A stretch of DNA of 64,000 nucleotides from the NCBI GenBank assembly GCA_021613535.1, contig CP075493.1, positions 3,038,001-3,102,000 on the forward strand, written 5' to 3'. Origin of the DNA: Adineta vaga. Lineage: Eukaryota; Animalia; Rotifera. Numbering within the stretch: position 1 is the first letter of the stretch; each line of letters starts with the position of its first letter. The notes below the pieces were generated by a model. That model saw only the letters and a list, made by a program, of their open reading frames with translations, ran no database searches and was not told the origin of the DNA. Both the position numbers and the translations under genes were made by a program. Positions 31,848 to 42,775 of the stretch are shown here, one piece after another.

Positions 31848-32462
31848 ATGAAGTGGAAATTTCATCTAAATGTCTTATTATATATCGTTGGTTCATGTCT
31901 TTTCATTATTGGCTCAATTCTATTTCATCCTCATTTTTCAACGAATAGTTCATTGTACGAAACTGGTGTGATGACATTCCTTATCGGTTCAATTTTATTT
32001 GGCCTTGCATCACTACAACAATTACTCACCAATTTTCAGAATCTTTGTTCATCTGAGAACGTATTAACAAATGAAACACGACTGCCCGATATGGATTTAG
32101 CAGTGTCATTGTGTCGAAATACGATTGGAATTATCAGTGGATGCTTATTTATAATTGGTTCGATTGCATTTTGGCCTAGTTTTGGTCATGGTGGAGCACT
32201 TGTAGGCAATTGGCTTTATCGTTGTGGTGCAAGTTTAGGTGTAATAAATTCTTTATGGTATTTAATTCGAGAACAAATGAAATCATTCAAATATACTCTA
32301 TCAAAATTGATGATCGTATTATCATTATTCGGATCAGTTGGATTTTTAATTGGTGGTGGATATTTTCTTTATGGTGGAAAATACGATAGTGAAGGAAGTT
32401 TTGCTTGGTTAGCAGGATCGATTTCTTTCCTATTTTCATCACTCATTATTTATAAAATCTAG
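31848..32462 (+). CDS. YrhK-like multi-pass membrane protein; intronless
   Basis: 204-aa hydrophobic ORF with repeated G[SC]xLFIIGSI[LA]F hairpin units (GSCLFIIGSILF; GCLFIIGSIAF; GSVGFLIGG), as in YrhK domains. Confidence 0.7.
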   Translation: MKWKFHLNVLLYIVGSCLFIIGSILFHPHFSTNSSLYETGVMTFLIGSILFGLASLQQLLTNFQNLCSSENVLTNETRLPDMDLAVSLCRNTIGIISGCLFIIGSIAFWPSFGHGGALVGNWLYRCGASLGVINSLWYLIREQMKSFKYTLSKLMIVLSLFGSVGFLIGGGYFLYGGKYDSEGSFAWLAGSISFLFSSLIIYKI

Positions 32463-33327
32463 AATTTGATTCAATTCTATATCCTCGTTTATTTTTCAAA
32501 TAAGAAGTTAATTTGAAAGAAACTCCATTGCGAATAATGAACATCGACCTATTGACTTTTTTTTTTCGCCGATCATAGTTGTCAACATTTCTCGTTTATA
32601 GTCCGTCTTGAATATTGACATTGTCTAATATGTCAAAAGAAACTTAATCTAATAACAAAGCAAATGTATGTTATTTAACCTATTTTTTATATCACATTGA
32701 AAAAGCATTCGACACTATAATCAAATTTTCCCTATCTCAGAGAAAATATCGAATCATTAGTGTGCCTGTCATATAATGAGTAATGACATATTAACCTTAT
32801 AATAGCGCATCTAATTTTGTTTTTCCTTCCATTCATTTTCTTCATCCTTTGTAAATATCGATGACATCAATATTGTTTGCATTTGTAATATGCATGTCCT
32901 GTACGAAGTTGGTGGGTGGTAAAAAAACAACATCATAATAAGCTTGAAAATAAAACGAACAAATGTAAGAGTAAGAACGAAAGAAACAAATATTTTTTAC
33001 ATATTCATCATTAAGAAGAAAAAAACGTAATCCAAAATAAACCTGTTGTTGTTTTTTCTTTCTTATAATTTGAGATAGAGAAACCAAAATCTTAAGGTAA
33101 GATAAATATTGAATATGTTCATATTATAAGACGAACAAACTTTAATTTCTTATTAAAATTCATTAGGAAAATATGAATAATGAATCGAATTGTTTTTATT
33201 GATAAATTTCATGAATATATATTTACATAAGCATTGCAATTAGTCAATATTTAATATGTGCATATATATTCGACAGAATAAAATATATGCAATAGACTTC
33301 AGTTGATTTTAGTTTCTTTTTGTCTAG

Positions 33328-33963
33328 ATGAAAAATTTCTTTCGTTCACGACTTCCGCCATCATTAGATGCAGCTCAATTGGATAAATTAAGTCGAGAAT
33401 GTCATCTACCTAAAGAAGATGTTGAAGAATGGTACGAACGTTTTAATCATTGTTATCCTCGTGGTCTTTCTTATAAGGAATTTATTGTTTATTTACAACA
33501 AATTCAAACAACACAAAATCTTCCTGACAAACGTCTGGGTAAATCGATGATCAAACGACTTTTTCGTCTCTTAGATTTAAATCAAGATAAACAATTAGAT
33601 TTCGAAGAATTCTTTATTTTTAATATTCTAATTAATCAAGGTTTAGCTGAAGATAAATTGAAATTAATTCTAAATTTATATGATAAAAAGAAAGAAAAAT
33701 ATTTAACAAAACAACAATTAGAAAATGTTCTTATTGATATGTTTGATTTATTAAATATTCCCAAGCCAACCAATGGTTTAACACAAACAATTGAAACAAT
33801 TTTAACACGTGCAAATTTTAATAGACAAAATGCAAAAATAAGTTGGCATGCATTTAGTTCACATGTTCTCAATGATTCATCATTATTCAATCTTTTAATT
33901 TCGAACAATCCGATTACCGATGATTTCAATGATAATTTCAGTTATATAGTAACACGATTTTAA
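33328..33963 (+). CDS. Neuronal calcium sensor/recoverin-like EF-hand protein (degenerate); intronless
   Basis: EDVEEWYERFNHCYPRG (NCS EF1 signature); LFRLLDLNQDKQLDFEEF; EDKLKLILNLYD. Confidence 0.8.
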   Translation: MKNFFRSRLPPSLDAAQLDKLSRECHLPKEDVEEWYERFNHCYPRGLSYKEFIVYLQQIQTTQNLPDKRLGKSMIKRLFRLLDLNQDKQLDFEEFFIFNILINQGLAEDKLKLILNLYDKKKEKYLTKQQLENVLIDMFDLLNIPKPTNGLTQTIETILTRANFNRQNAKISWHAFSSHVLNDSSLFNLLISNNPITDDFNDNFSYIVTRF

Positions 33964-34284
33964 TACGACTTCTTTTTCTTTTTCTTTTTATAAAACTGAT
34001 CTCGGTGAATCTCATTTGATTTTCTTTATCTCAAGTGATAATAAAATAAAAAAAATCTGTATAGACACACAAAAAAGAGAAGTCAATTTAATCATGACCT
34101 TACGTATTTCAGCTTGGAGAAGAGAAAACGTATCGTAGTCCTTGCTTACAATCATGCTTTTTCTTGTTCTTCGATAGAAAAAATTCAAAAGAAAACACGC
34201 ATATGTGAATTGATGCATATCAGTATACTTGGATTATATTTATATACTTTGTACATATTTCCTTCACTAATCAATAAAGTCTAG

Positions 34285-35035
34285 ATGGCTGCGTCGTCGT
34301 CCGTAAGAAAACTGATTGATACTGCACATATTATTGAATCAGTAGGTCCACATTTGCATTCAATTATATGGCTTCATGGTTTTGGTGATAGTTCAGATGG
34401 TTGTAAAGATTTATTTGCACAGATTCAACCGCCAAATACAAGAATTATTTTACCAAATGCACCAAAACGTTGGCATACAATTCAAGGTCAACAACATTTC
34501 ATACAAAGTTGGTATGGAGAAGAAGCAGCAGCCGTTGAACAAGGTTTACCCGTCATTGAATCAGTCAATGAATTAATCGACGGAGAAGTTAGTTTAGTTA
34601 AAGATGCATCACATATCATTCTTGGTGGTTTTAGGTATTTTTTTTTCTAGTAAAAAAAATAGCTGATCACGTTAATTCTTTTTCTTTTCTTTTCTCGTTT
34701 GTAGTCAAGGTGCTTGTTTAGCATTAATGACGGCTTTGAGATATTCAAAACAACGATTAGGTGGTGTTATGTGTTGTAGTGGTCAAGTTGCATATCTCGA
34801 TAGGATCCAAGAATTTCTAAGTGAACATGCAAAAACAATGCCGATTCTAGTTTTACATGGTAAAGATGATGATCGAGTTAAATGGAGTGAAACTAAACCT
34901 GGCTATGATTTACTGCGACAGCATGGTCTAAAAGATAATATGCAAGTTGTTGTCGAAGATAGAGCAGGACATACAATTACTCGACGAGGTTTTAATTTAA
35001 TTATTATGTTTATAATAAAACAATTTAAATTATAA
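34285..35035 (+). CDS. Acyl-protein thioesterase/lysophospholipase (phospholipase/carboxylesterase family), 2 exons
   Basis: IIWLHGFGDS; ILPNAP; GGFS|QG split by an intron (~34635-34704); LHGKDDDRV; AGHT. Confidence 0.88.
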
Positions 35036-35157
35036 AAAAAAAACTTTTTTGCATATTTTCTTTATCTCTGCTTTGTCACAATGACTCATATTTTATTCGA
35101 AATAAATAAAGATAAATGCATATATAGAAATATTGTTATTTCTTGATATAATATTCA

Positions 35158-35861
35158 TGACTGTCTCGAAGATTCCAACACCTCGTGTTGATTCATCATC
35201 CGGTGAAACTTATTATACCGGAGAAGATGCAATGAATTTAACTCCTGAACAATATGAAGAATGGGTTTATTCAAATAAAACTTCCCATGTCAATGAAGTT
35301 CGTTTATATGAACAAAAATTTTGGAATATTTTATTAACAAAATCTCCACCATTTATACCATTATTATTCTGGCCATTTGTAATTTATTATTTAATAACAC
35401 CAATAACATGGAATATATTCATCTCGATATGTTTTGGTTTTCTTCTATGGTTTCCACTTGAATATTTATTTCATCGTTTTCTTTTTCATTTACCCGTTAC
35501 TGGAATTCGTTCACAAAAATTTCATTTCTTTCTACATGGAATTCATCATGTTGCTCCAACAGATCTTTGGCATGTCTTTTCACCAATTCATGAACTAGGC
35601 GCACAAGCATTACTTGTTTGGATTGTCTTCAAAATTCTTCATATACCTAATCCAAATGCATTACTATCAGGTCTATTGATTAATTATATTCGTTATGATT
35701 CAATACATTATTTAATTCATGCATATACACCAGAAAAAATTGCCAAAATTCCTTACTTTGGAAATTATTTGAAAAAATGTTCTATTCATCATCGTCAACA
35801 TCATTTCTCTAATCCAAGAAAACACTTTACAATCAGTTTTATTGTTCCTTTTTTCGATTAA
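35158..35861 (+). CDS. Fatty acid 2-hydroxylase-like (FA_hydroxylase family) lacking a cytochrome b5 domain; intronless
   Basis: His boxes EYLFHRFLFH, LHGIHH, YDSIHYLIH, HHRQHH; QYEEWV...VRLY...LTKS motif as in FA2H/Scs7/FAH1. Confidence 0.85.
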
Positions 35862-37236
35862 ATCGACGTAGGTAATCAATCAATAATATAAAATCATCGA
35901 ATATTTTTCACTCTGACATTTCTCTATGAAATTACGTTTTCTTGATCCACTCTATATATTCTACTGTGATGAAAAGGTAAACAGATGATTGTTTGACTTC
36001 AAAAGTTGTCAACATTATTTAGAAACTCGGCTCGAACCTGATACAATATGTGTGACAGAAGACTTTCCTAGAACAGAAAAATAGAACTAATTGATGATGC
36101 ATCATATATTATTAAAACAAAAAGATCCCAATGATAATGTTGGATATGTGATTAGTAGAAGTGCAGAATATTCCTTATGTACCGTCGCGCGGGAAGGAAG
36201 ATTTTTGTAGGAAGTAGTAGAAGAGAAAATCTTGTTCTTTTTAAGATTGTGACTTTTCTTGTTGTATACTCTAGTTTTCATTTTGCTAAGAAAATAAGCA
36301 ATCCAATCATTGGTTTCCTCTCTCTCTCTCTCATGTATACGTACACATATATCATTTCGTTTCATGCTCTTTTTTTTATCTCTTTCTTATTTTCTTTTCA
36401 TTGCCTTATTGTTAGCTGCGTTGGATAAGACTGGACTGAAATTTATGCACAAAACTGACAAAAAAAGAGAAGAAAAATACATTGTTTTGATTTTTTTACA
36501 TGTAACGAATAGTAAAAATCCCTATCTCTATAGATTTTCAATGAAAGTCTTTCATTGTCATATTTCACCAGATTCGGCTGTTTTGAAGCGTTTGAGAAAA
36601 GGAGAAGTAGAAAGAATTTCTAATTCCTACCAGTAGTGAAGATAGAATAACTTGAGGAAATTTTCGCGGGTAGAAGGAGGAGAATTCTTGATTTTTCTGA
36701 AATATTCTGCACCTCTAGTGATTAGTCTACGCAGATCTAATTCAATTATAAAAATTGAAAATATAATGTTTTCTTTTGTTGGTATATCATCTAGAATATT
36801 ATTTCATTCAATATCAAAACGAAAGTTTATTTACTTTCATTTGATTTCTTATCGAACTTTTCACTCTTCTGTCAACTATGACGAATAGTCATTCATTTTC
36901 GTCTAACGAACCACACCTCTTCTATTTTCATATCGTCCTTATTCGATATTATCTTGAATTCTTACAACATATCTTACTGTCAGAACTAAACAAAACGCGA
37001 AAGAAAATTCAAAGAAAAGAAAAACGTTAAGTATGGACGCATATACATAAGAAGAATAGAAGGTAGATAAGGACGATTAAGAATCTAAGATGTTTTTATT
37101 TACACACTCTGATACAAATAATGCAGTAGTCATTTTCATTCACGCACTTAGAAAACAGTCGCAGTATGTAGAAATGATAAACTAACGCTATTCATTTTTC
37201 TCTTCATAGATTCATAAAAGAAGAAAACTTTGAACA

Positions 37237-38905
37237 ATGGAAAAACTTACAATAAATGGAATTAAAGACGCTTGGTTACCAATTCAAGCATCACGTAGTG
37301 CAAGAAATACAATTAATCCTATCCGACGTATTGTCGATCGAATGAAAATAAGTCCAAATCCAGTAAAAGAAATGATATCATTATCGATTGGCGATCCAAC
37401 ACATTATGGAAATATGCTACCACCAGTAGAAGCTCTTGAAGCAATTGTTGAAGCTGTACAATTACCTACATGTCATGGTTATGCACCATCATTCGGTACA
37501 TTAGATGCACGTAGAGCAGTTGCTCAATTTTGGTCTCGATCTAATAACATATTAAAACCTGAAGTAGATTGAAGACAATTGAAAATTTGTTAGAAACATT
37601 TTTGGTTTTGTTTTCTAAATAGGATATTATTTTAACTAGTGGCTGTTCTCATGCTTTAGAAATGTGTATAGATGGTATAGCTGATCCAGGTGATAATATT
37701 CTACTTCCACGACCTGGTTTTTCACTCTATGTAACACTATGTCAATCACTTGGTATCGAACCTCGTTTCTATGATTTATTAGTAAATTTCGATCGAATTA
37801 TTTTCCTTGAATTATTTTCAATTCATTTGATTTTAGCCGGATGAAAATTGGCAAGTCAATTTAACCCATTTAGAATCATTAGTTGATGATCGAACACGAG
37901 CTGTTCTTATAAATAATCCGAGTAATCCATGTGGAGCTGTTTATCCTGAAGAACATCTTCGACAACTTATATATATTTGTGAAAGAAATCATTTACCAAT
38001 TATTGCCGATGAAATTTATGCAGATATGGTAAACGATTCGAAATCATATCGAAAAAACTTAACTTTCTTGTTTCTATTCAAGATCTTTAGTGATAATCAA
38101 TTTCATTTTCTTGGAGCACTTTCAAAAAATGTTCCAGTACTTTCATGTGGTGGTATTTCAAAACGACTTATATGTCCAGGTTGGCGTTTTGGTTGGATTG
38201 CTATTCATGATAGACATAATCTTTTTAAAGGTATATATATTTTTTTCTTTCCGCAAAGATTGATATCGTTTGCATGATGTGAGTGTTTTCTTTCATTTAG
38301 ATACAATTAAACCAGGTCTAATCGATTTATCCAGTCGTATTCTTGGCCCAAATTCTGTAACACAGGCAGCTATGTCTCATATTCTTTCTGAAACACCTGA
38401 TTCATATTATGAGGATATTCTTCATCAACTTCAAGTGCGTTTTCTTCTCTTCATTAAATTGATTTTTTCAATTGATCGAACTTTTTTTCTAGAACAATGC
38501 AGAATATGTTTATAATTCGCTTTTAGAAGCACCAGGTCTCCAACCAACGATGCCACAAGGTAAAATTAATAGATTTTCATTTGGTATCGTAAATTTTTTC
38601 AATCATCTCATCTAGGTGCAATGTATATGTTGATTCGAATCGATCCATCCGTTTTTCATGATATTCAAGATGATAAAGATTTTTTCACGAAATTACTCTG
38701 TGAAGAATCTATTTCATGTCTTCCTGCATCTGTAAAACTTAAACTCTATTCGAGAAAATAATTCCTGCAATTTCTTTTTTTTTCATAGGTATTTGGTATT
38801 GATAATTTCATTCGTATTGTTCTTACAACACCAATGGAAAAAACCGAAGAAGCATGTCAACGTATACTTGAATTTTGTCGACGACATGCCAAAACTATTC
38901 CATGA
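37237..38905 (+). CDS. TAT: Tyrosine aminotransferase
   Basis: [11 protein letters not shown]; ISLSIGDPT; GYAPSFG; [10 protein letters not shown]; INNPSNPCG; IIADEIY; [17 protein letters not shown] (PLP lysine); ends [10 protein letters not shown]. Confidence 0.95.
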
Positions 38906-39055
38906 TACATTTTTTTGTCATCTTATTTTGTTTCTTTTTTTACAAATAAAAAGATTAAAAAACAATTTACTAGGCGCGATTATTAACATGAATAAATAGT
39001 CAAGTAAAATATCTCCAATAGTTCAGTTTACCTCTCAATCATAGAGAAATTCCAA

Positions 39056-39600
39056 ATGAAACTTTTCATCTTTATCTTTCTTATCACTCGACCTCAACAA
39101 TATTTTTTTGAACAATTCATCCATAATGATACGCGTCTACAGCACATTCAACCATCGGAAGACAAAACTTCTCTAAAACCAATGATATCAAATAAAGTTT
39201 TTCTTATTATTATTGCTTGTTTGTTTCTAGTTGTAATAGCAACGTATGTGTGACTTGAATATTTTCATCGATAAACATTTTCTTTTCTTTCATTCACAGA
39301 TTATTAACTGTTTATTTTACCAAAGATCAAATGAAAGATTTTGTTATTCAAATACGTCGACGACATCGTGGTCCAGTTATTCATCAATTTAATCCTCAAG
39401 GTCTCGTTTCTGAACAATATAAACAACCATCAAATGATCAATTATCGATGAATAAAAAAGTTCAACCAGGCCATGGAAATTCCAAACGAGAACGAACATC
39501 TATGCATGCATTTATCAATCCATCGACAAAACATCAACATGAATCTATATCTGATTATCGACATTCTCAATCCGCTGCTGATCTCTTTCTATATCGATAA
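39056..39600 (+). CDS. Small orphan single-pass membrane protein, 2 exons (intron 39244-39299)
   Basis: Hydrophobic N-terminus; TM segment VFLIIIACLFLVVIAT|LLTVYF spliced in frame; followed by RRRHR and a polar tail. Confidence 0.6.
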
Positions 39601-39834
39601 ATAAATCATTTCAGATAGAAACGTAGAGAATTCATTTGTAAATATTCTTTCAATATTAATCATTTAACAATTTGTCGTGTCGAAATACACACACAAATCA
39701 AAAGAAAAGAAGAAAAAAATAAGAACTTTCGCAAAAAAAAACAAGAGAGAAAAAAATTATTTCGTACACATGAACAATAGATTTTTTTAAATAAGGAGAG
39801 CATATATTTGATTTGAAAATTTATACAGAAAAAT

Positions 39835-42775
39835 TTAACTAATAATACAATCCTTTTTCCTTCGTCCTCCATTACTTTTCTTATCTTTTTTATTTAATGT
39901 CATCGATTTCTTTGTTAATGTTGGATTAATTGTATTGTATCCCAAACCACATTCATCAACGTAACTTATTTTTGTTCCATAATTGATTGGTTTTCGTAGA
40001 CGATTACCATGAATATCATATTGATAATAAATTGAATCGATATCATCTTGATCGTCATCATCATCATCGGATGATGAGGAAGATGAACGACGTATTGATG
40101 AGGTATTTTTCTTCGATCGATAACTCATTGTTGGTGAACGTTTGTAACTTTTTTCTTTATCATCATCGACAAATCGTACATGATGTTGTTTAGTAAAACG
40201 TGCTGAACCATTCAATGAACGTGAACGTGGAAATTGTGTGGTTGTAGTAGATTTCGGTCGCGAAATTGGATACATGATTTCATTTGAATCGAAATTTTTC
40301 ATTCGAGTTGGTTGATCAACTAATGTTTCTTGTGATATTGTTGGATAAGTTTTAACTTTTGGTTTTGATGGAGCTTTATGACTTAAATCAGGTAGAGATG
40401 CACGTGATGATTTCGATGTTGAACAACGGGCTATTTCTAACGTTGCACCATGACGATCGAGTTGTTCGAGATTTAAATCATTATAAAATTGAATAGGTTC
40501 ACGTGAACGACTACGTGTAATGTTAATTTGTTGTTGATGATAGGATGCGTTGGGAAGTGTTGTCTGATTTGGATGAAATACTTGTGCTTGTTGATGACGA
40601 TTATATCGACGACTACCAGTACCATCTGATAGATAACCGCTGTTATAATCACGTTTAGATTTTTGTACACCAGCACCATCAGAAACATAACCTGTTTGTT
40701 CTTTCGTTCGTCGAGTTGATTGTTGTGGATGAGATGGAAGATTTGGACGAGGTGGAAGAATTCTAACATGTTGATTTGTATGTGTATACGATGTGGGAAT
40801 AATATCAGGACCTTGTTGAAATTTATTTTGTTGAAATAATTTCGTGTTAATTAGACGATTATTTCGTTGCGATGCACAATCATTTGAACAAAACAATGCA
40901 CCATAGCGTGGAAAAAAACCACGATTGTTCAGTGGAATACGACATGTGTAACAATAAAAACATGCATCTGTTGCATGCCAATGTTGAGATTCATGTGCCA
41001 TTTGTGGTTGATCAGTTTCGATTCGTTCACCACATGTATCACAATATTCAGCATACATCGTTTCAAAACAATTTAAACAAAATGGTTGACTTTGACGCAT
41101 TACATAACGTTCTCCACCTAAACGTTTCTTACAATTTGAACAACAAAAATGATCCATATGCCAACTGTATCCTTCAGCTTCAGTGCACTCATCGCTGAAG
41201 ATAATCTAAATAGATAAATAATCATAAATAAGTTAGTTCTATCTTTCCTAATAAACAAAACATCTCCGTTTTTTTGACATGTATAAACACATGTAGTACA
41301 TAAGTATATCAATGAAGTATGAATTTGTCATCACTCAATACCTTGCGTCGAAGTGGTAATGGTCTTTTATCCATTTGTATAAACGTGTCTATTATCAAAT
41401 CAATAACCTAATAATTTGACATTGTTTTTATTCATACATGTATATATATTAGAATGTCTATCCGTTTTTCATTGTCATTCCTCTATGATTATTTTTTAAT
41501 GATTATACAATCAATTTATCGTTTCTTTTGAAGAACAATTGTTCGTTCGTCTTTTTTTCTTTTACAATGATTAATTATCGTTTTTTCTCCTCTGATATAT
41601 CATCAGACAGACTTACTTCATCACAGCCTGTACATCTGGGTTTGTAAAGTTCAGCATGATGTCGACCACAATAAAGTTGACCATCTTTATAGAAATAGAT
41701 CAAATTAACAAGAAATTCATTGCACTGTGTACAGCTAAAACATTGAGGATGCCAAAGACCAGTACGACCGGCTCGCTCGGCAAATACACATATCGAACCT
41801 GAATCAATCAATTTTTGACACTAAAAAAAAAGAGAAGAAAATCATAAGTTTAACATCGATCATTATTCATATCGTTATATCTGTTTTTGATTTCACACTC
41901 ACTGTGAATAGAAATGTCGAACTCACTTGTTGGTCAGTCTAATCAATGAACTTTTTACTCTGTCTGTACGTTAAACAACAATTAACTAGTCTATCGTTTG
42001 ATCATGAGTTTCTTTTATGATGCATATCTATTTGTTATACACATTGTTATCATTTCATCTGATTTTGTTTGAGAAAAAGATTGATCGACATCAAAACAAA
42101 ATTAAAAAAGGTTGAATCTTTTCTATATTCAATGAAAACATCTCTTTCAACACTCTCGGACAATGTTGACAAATATTACCAATGGATATCAATATCTGTG
42201 TTCATTTAATATGACCTTAGATGTCAAACTTTGAAATCTGAGATAATATGTTGTAAGATATTGTGAATTTTATTCTTATGTCATCACTGATTTGAACGTG
42301 TTCAAAATATATATTTTGTAAGAAAAGAATGAAAGATTTAATTCTTGTACTTACTCCGCGACATGGCATAGGTGATTGTGTTAGAGGTAATTGTCTGGCT
42401 GAACCACGACCAAGTGCATTATGTCGTTGTTGTTCATTGAATATTCTTAATTCATTTTTTTCATCTTCAGTTAATACACGACAATATTTGGGATCTGAAT
42501 CATGAGGGGGTAATTGTTCTTCAAGCATTCTCTATTACATAAGAATGAACATAATTAAAAGATAAAAGCAAATCACTTGAAAAACAAAATTTAATTACCG
42601 TTCGATATTTTTCACCAATCGAATTAAGAAATGGAACTTTTTCTTCAGGAAAACATTTAAAAAATTGACGAACTTGTTCTGCTTTAAGACCTGGTGGACA
42701 CCAAGCATATTCTTCCAAGGCACAACCTGAATCATCATCACTATTCGATAAACGTGAATGTTGTTGATGTAGCAT
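39835..42775 (-). CDS. PRICKLE: Prickle planar-cell-polarity protein (PET + 3 LIM + CaaX)
   Basis: [19 protein letters not shown]; QLPPHD (PET domain); three LIM domains ([27 protein letters not shown]); C-terminal KDCIIS* prenylation motif. True start may lie in an upstream exon. Confidence 0.92.

Noticed and set aside
35900-37200. Overlapping 78-108 aa ORFs upstream of TAT
   Set aside because: No domain motifs and low-complexity composition; likely TAT promoter, 5' UTR or intron.
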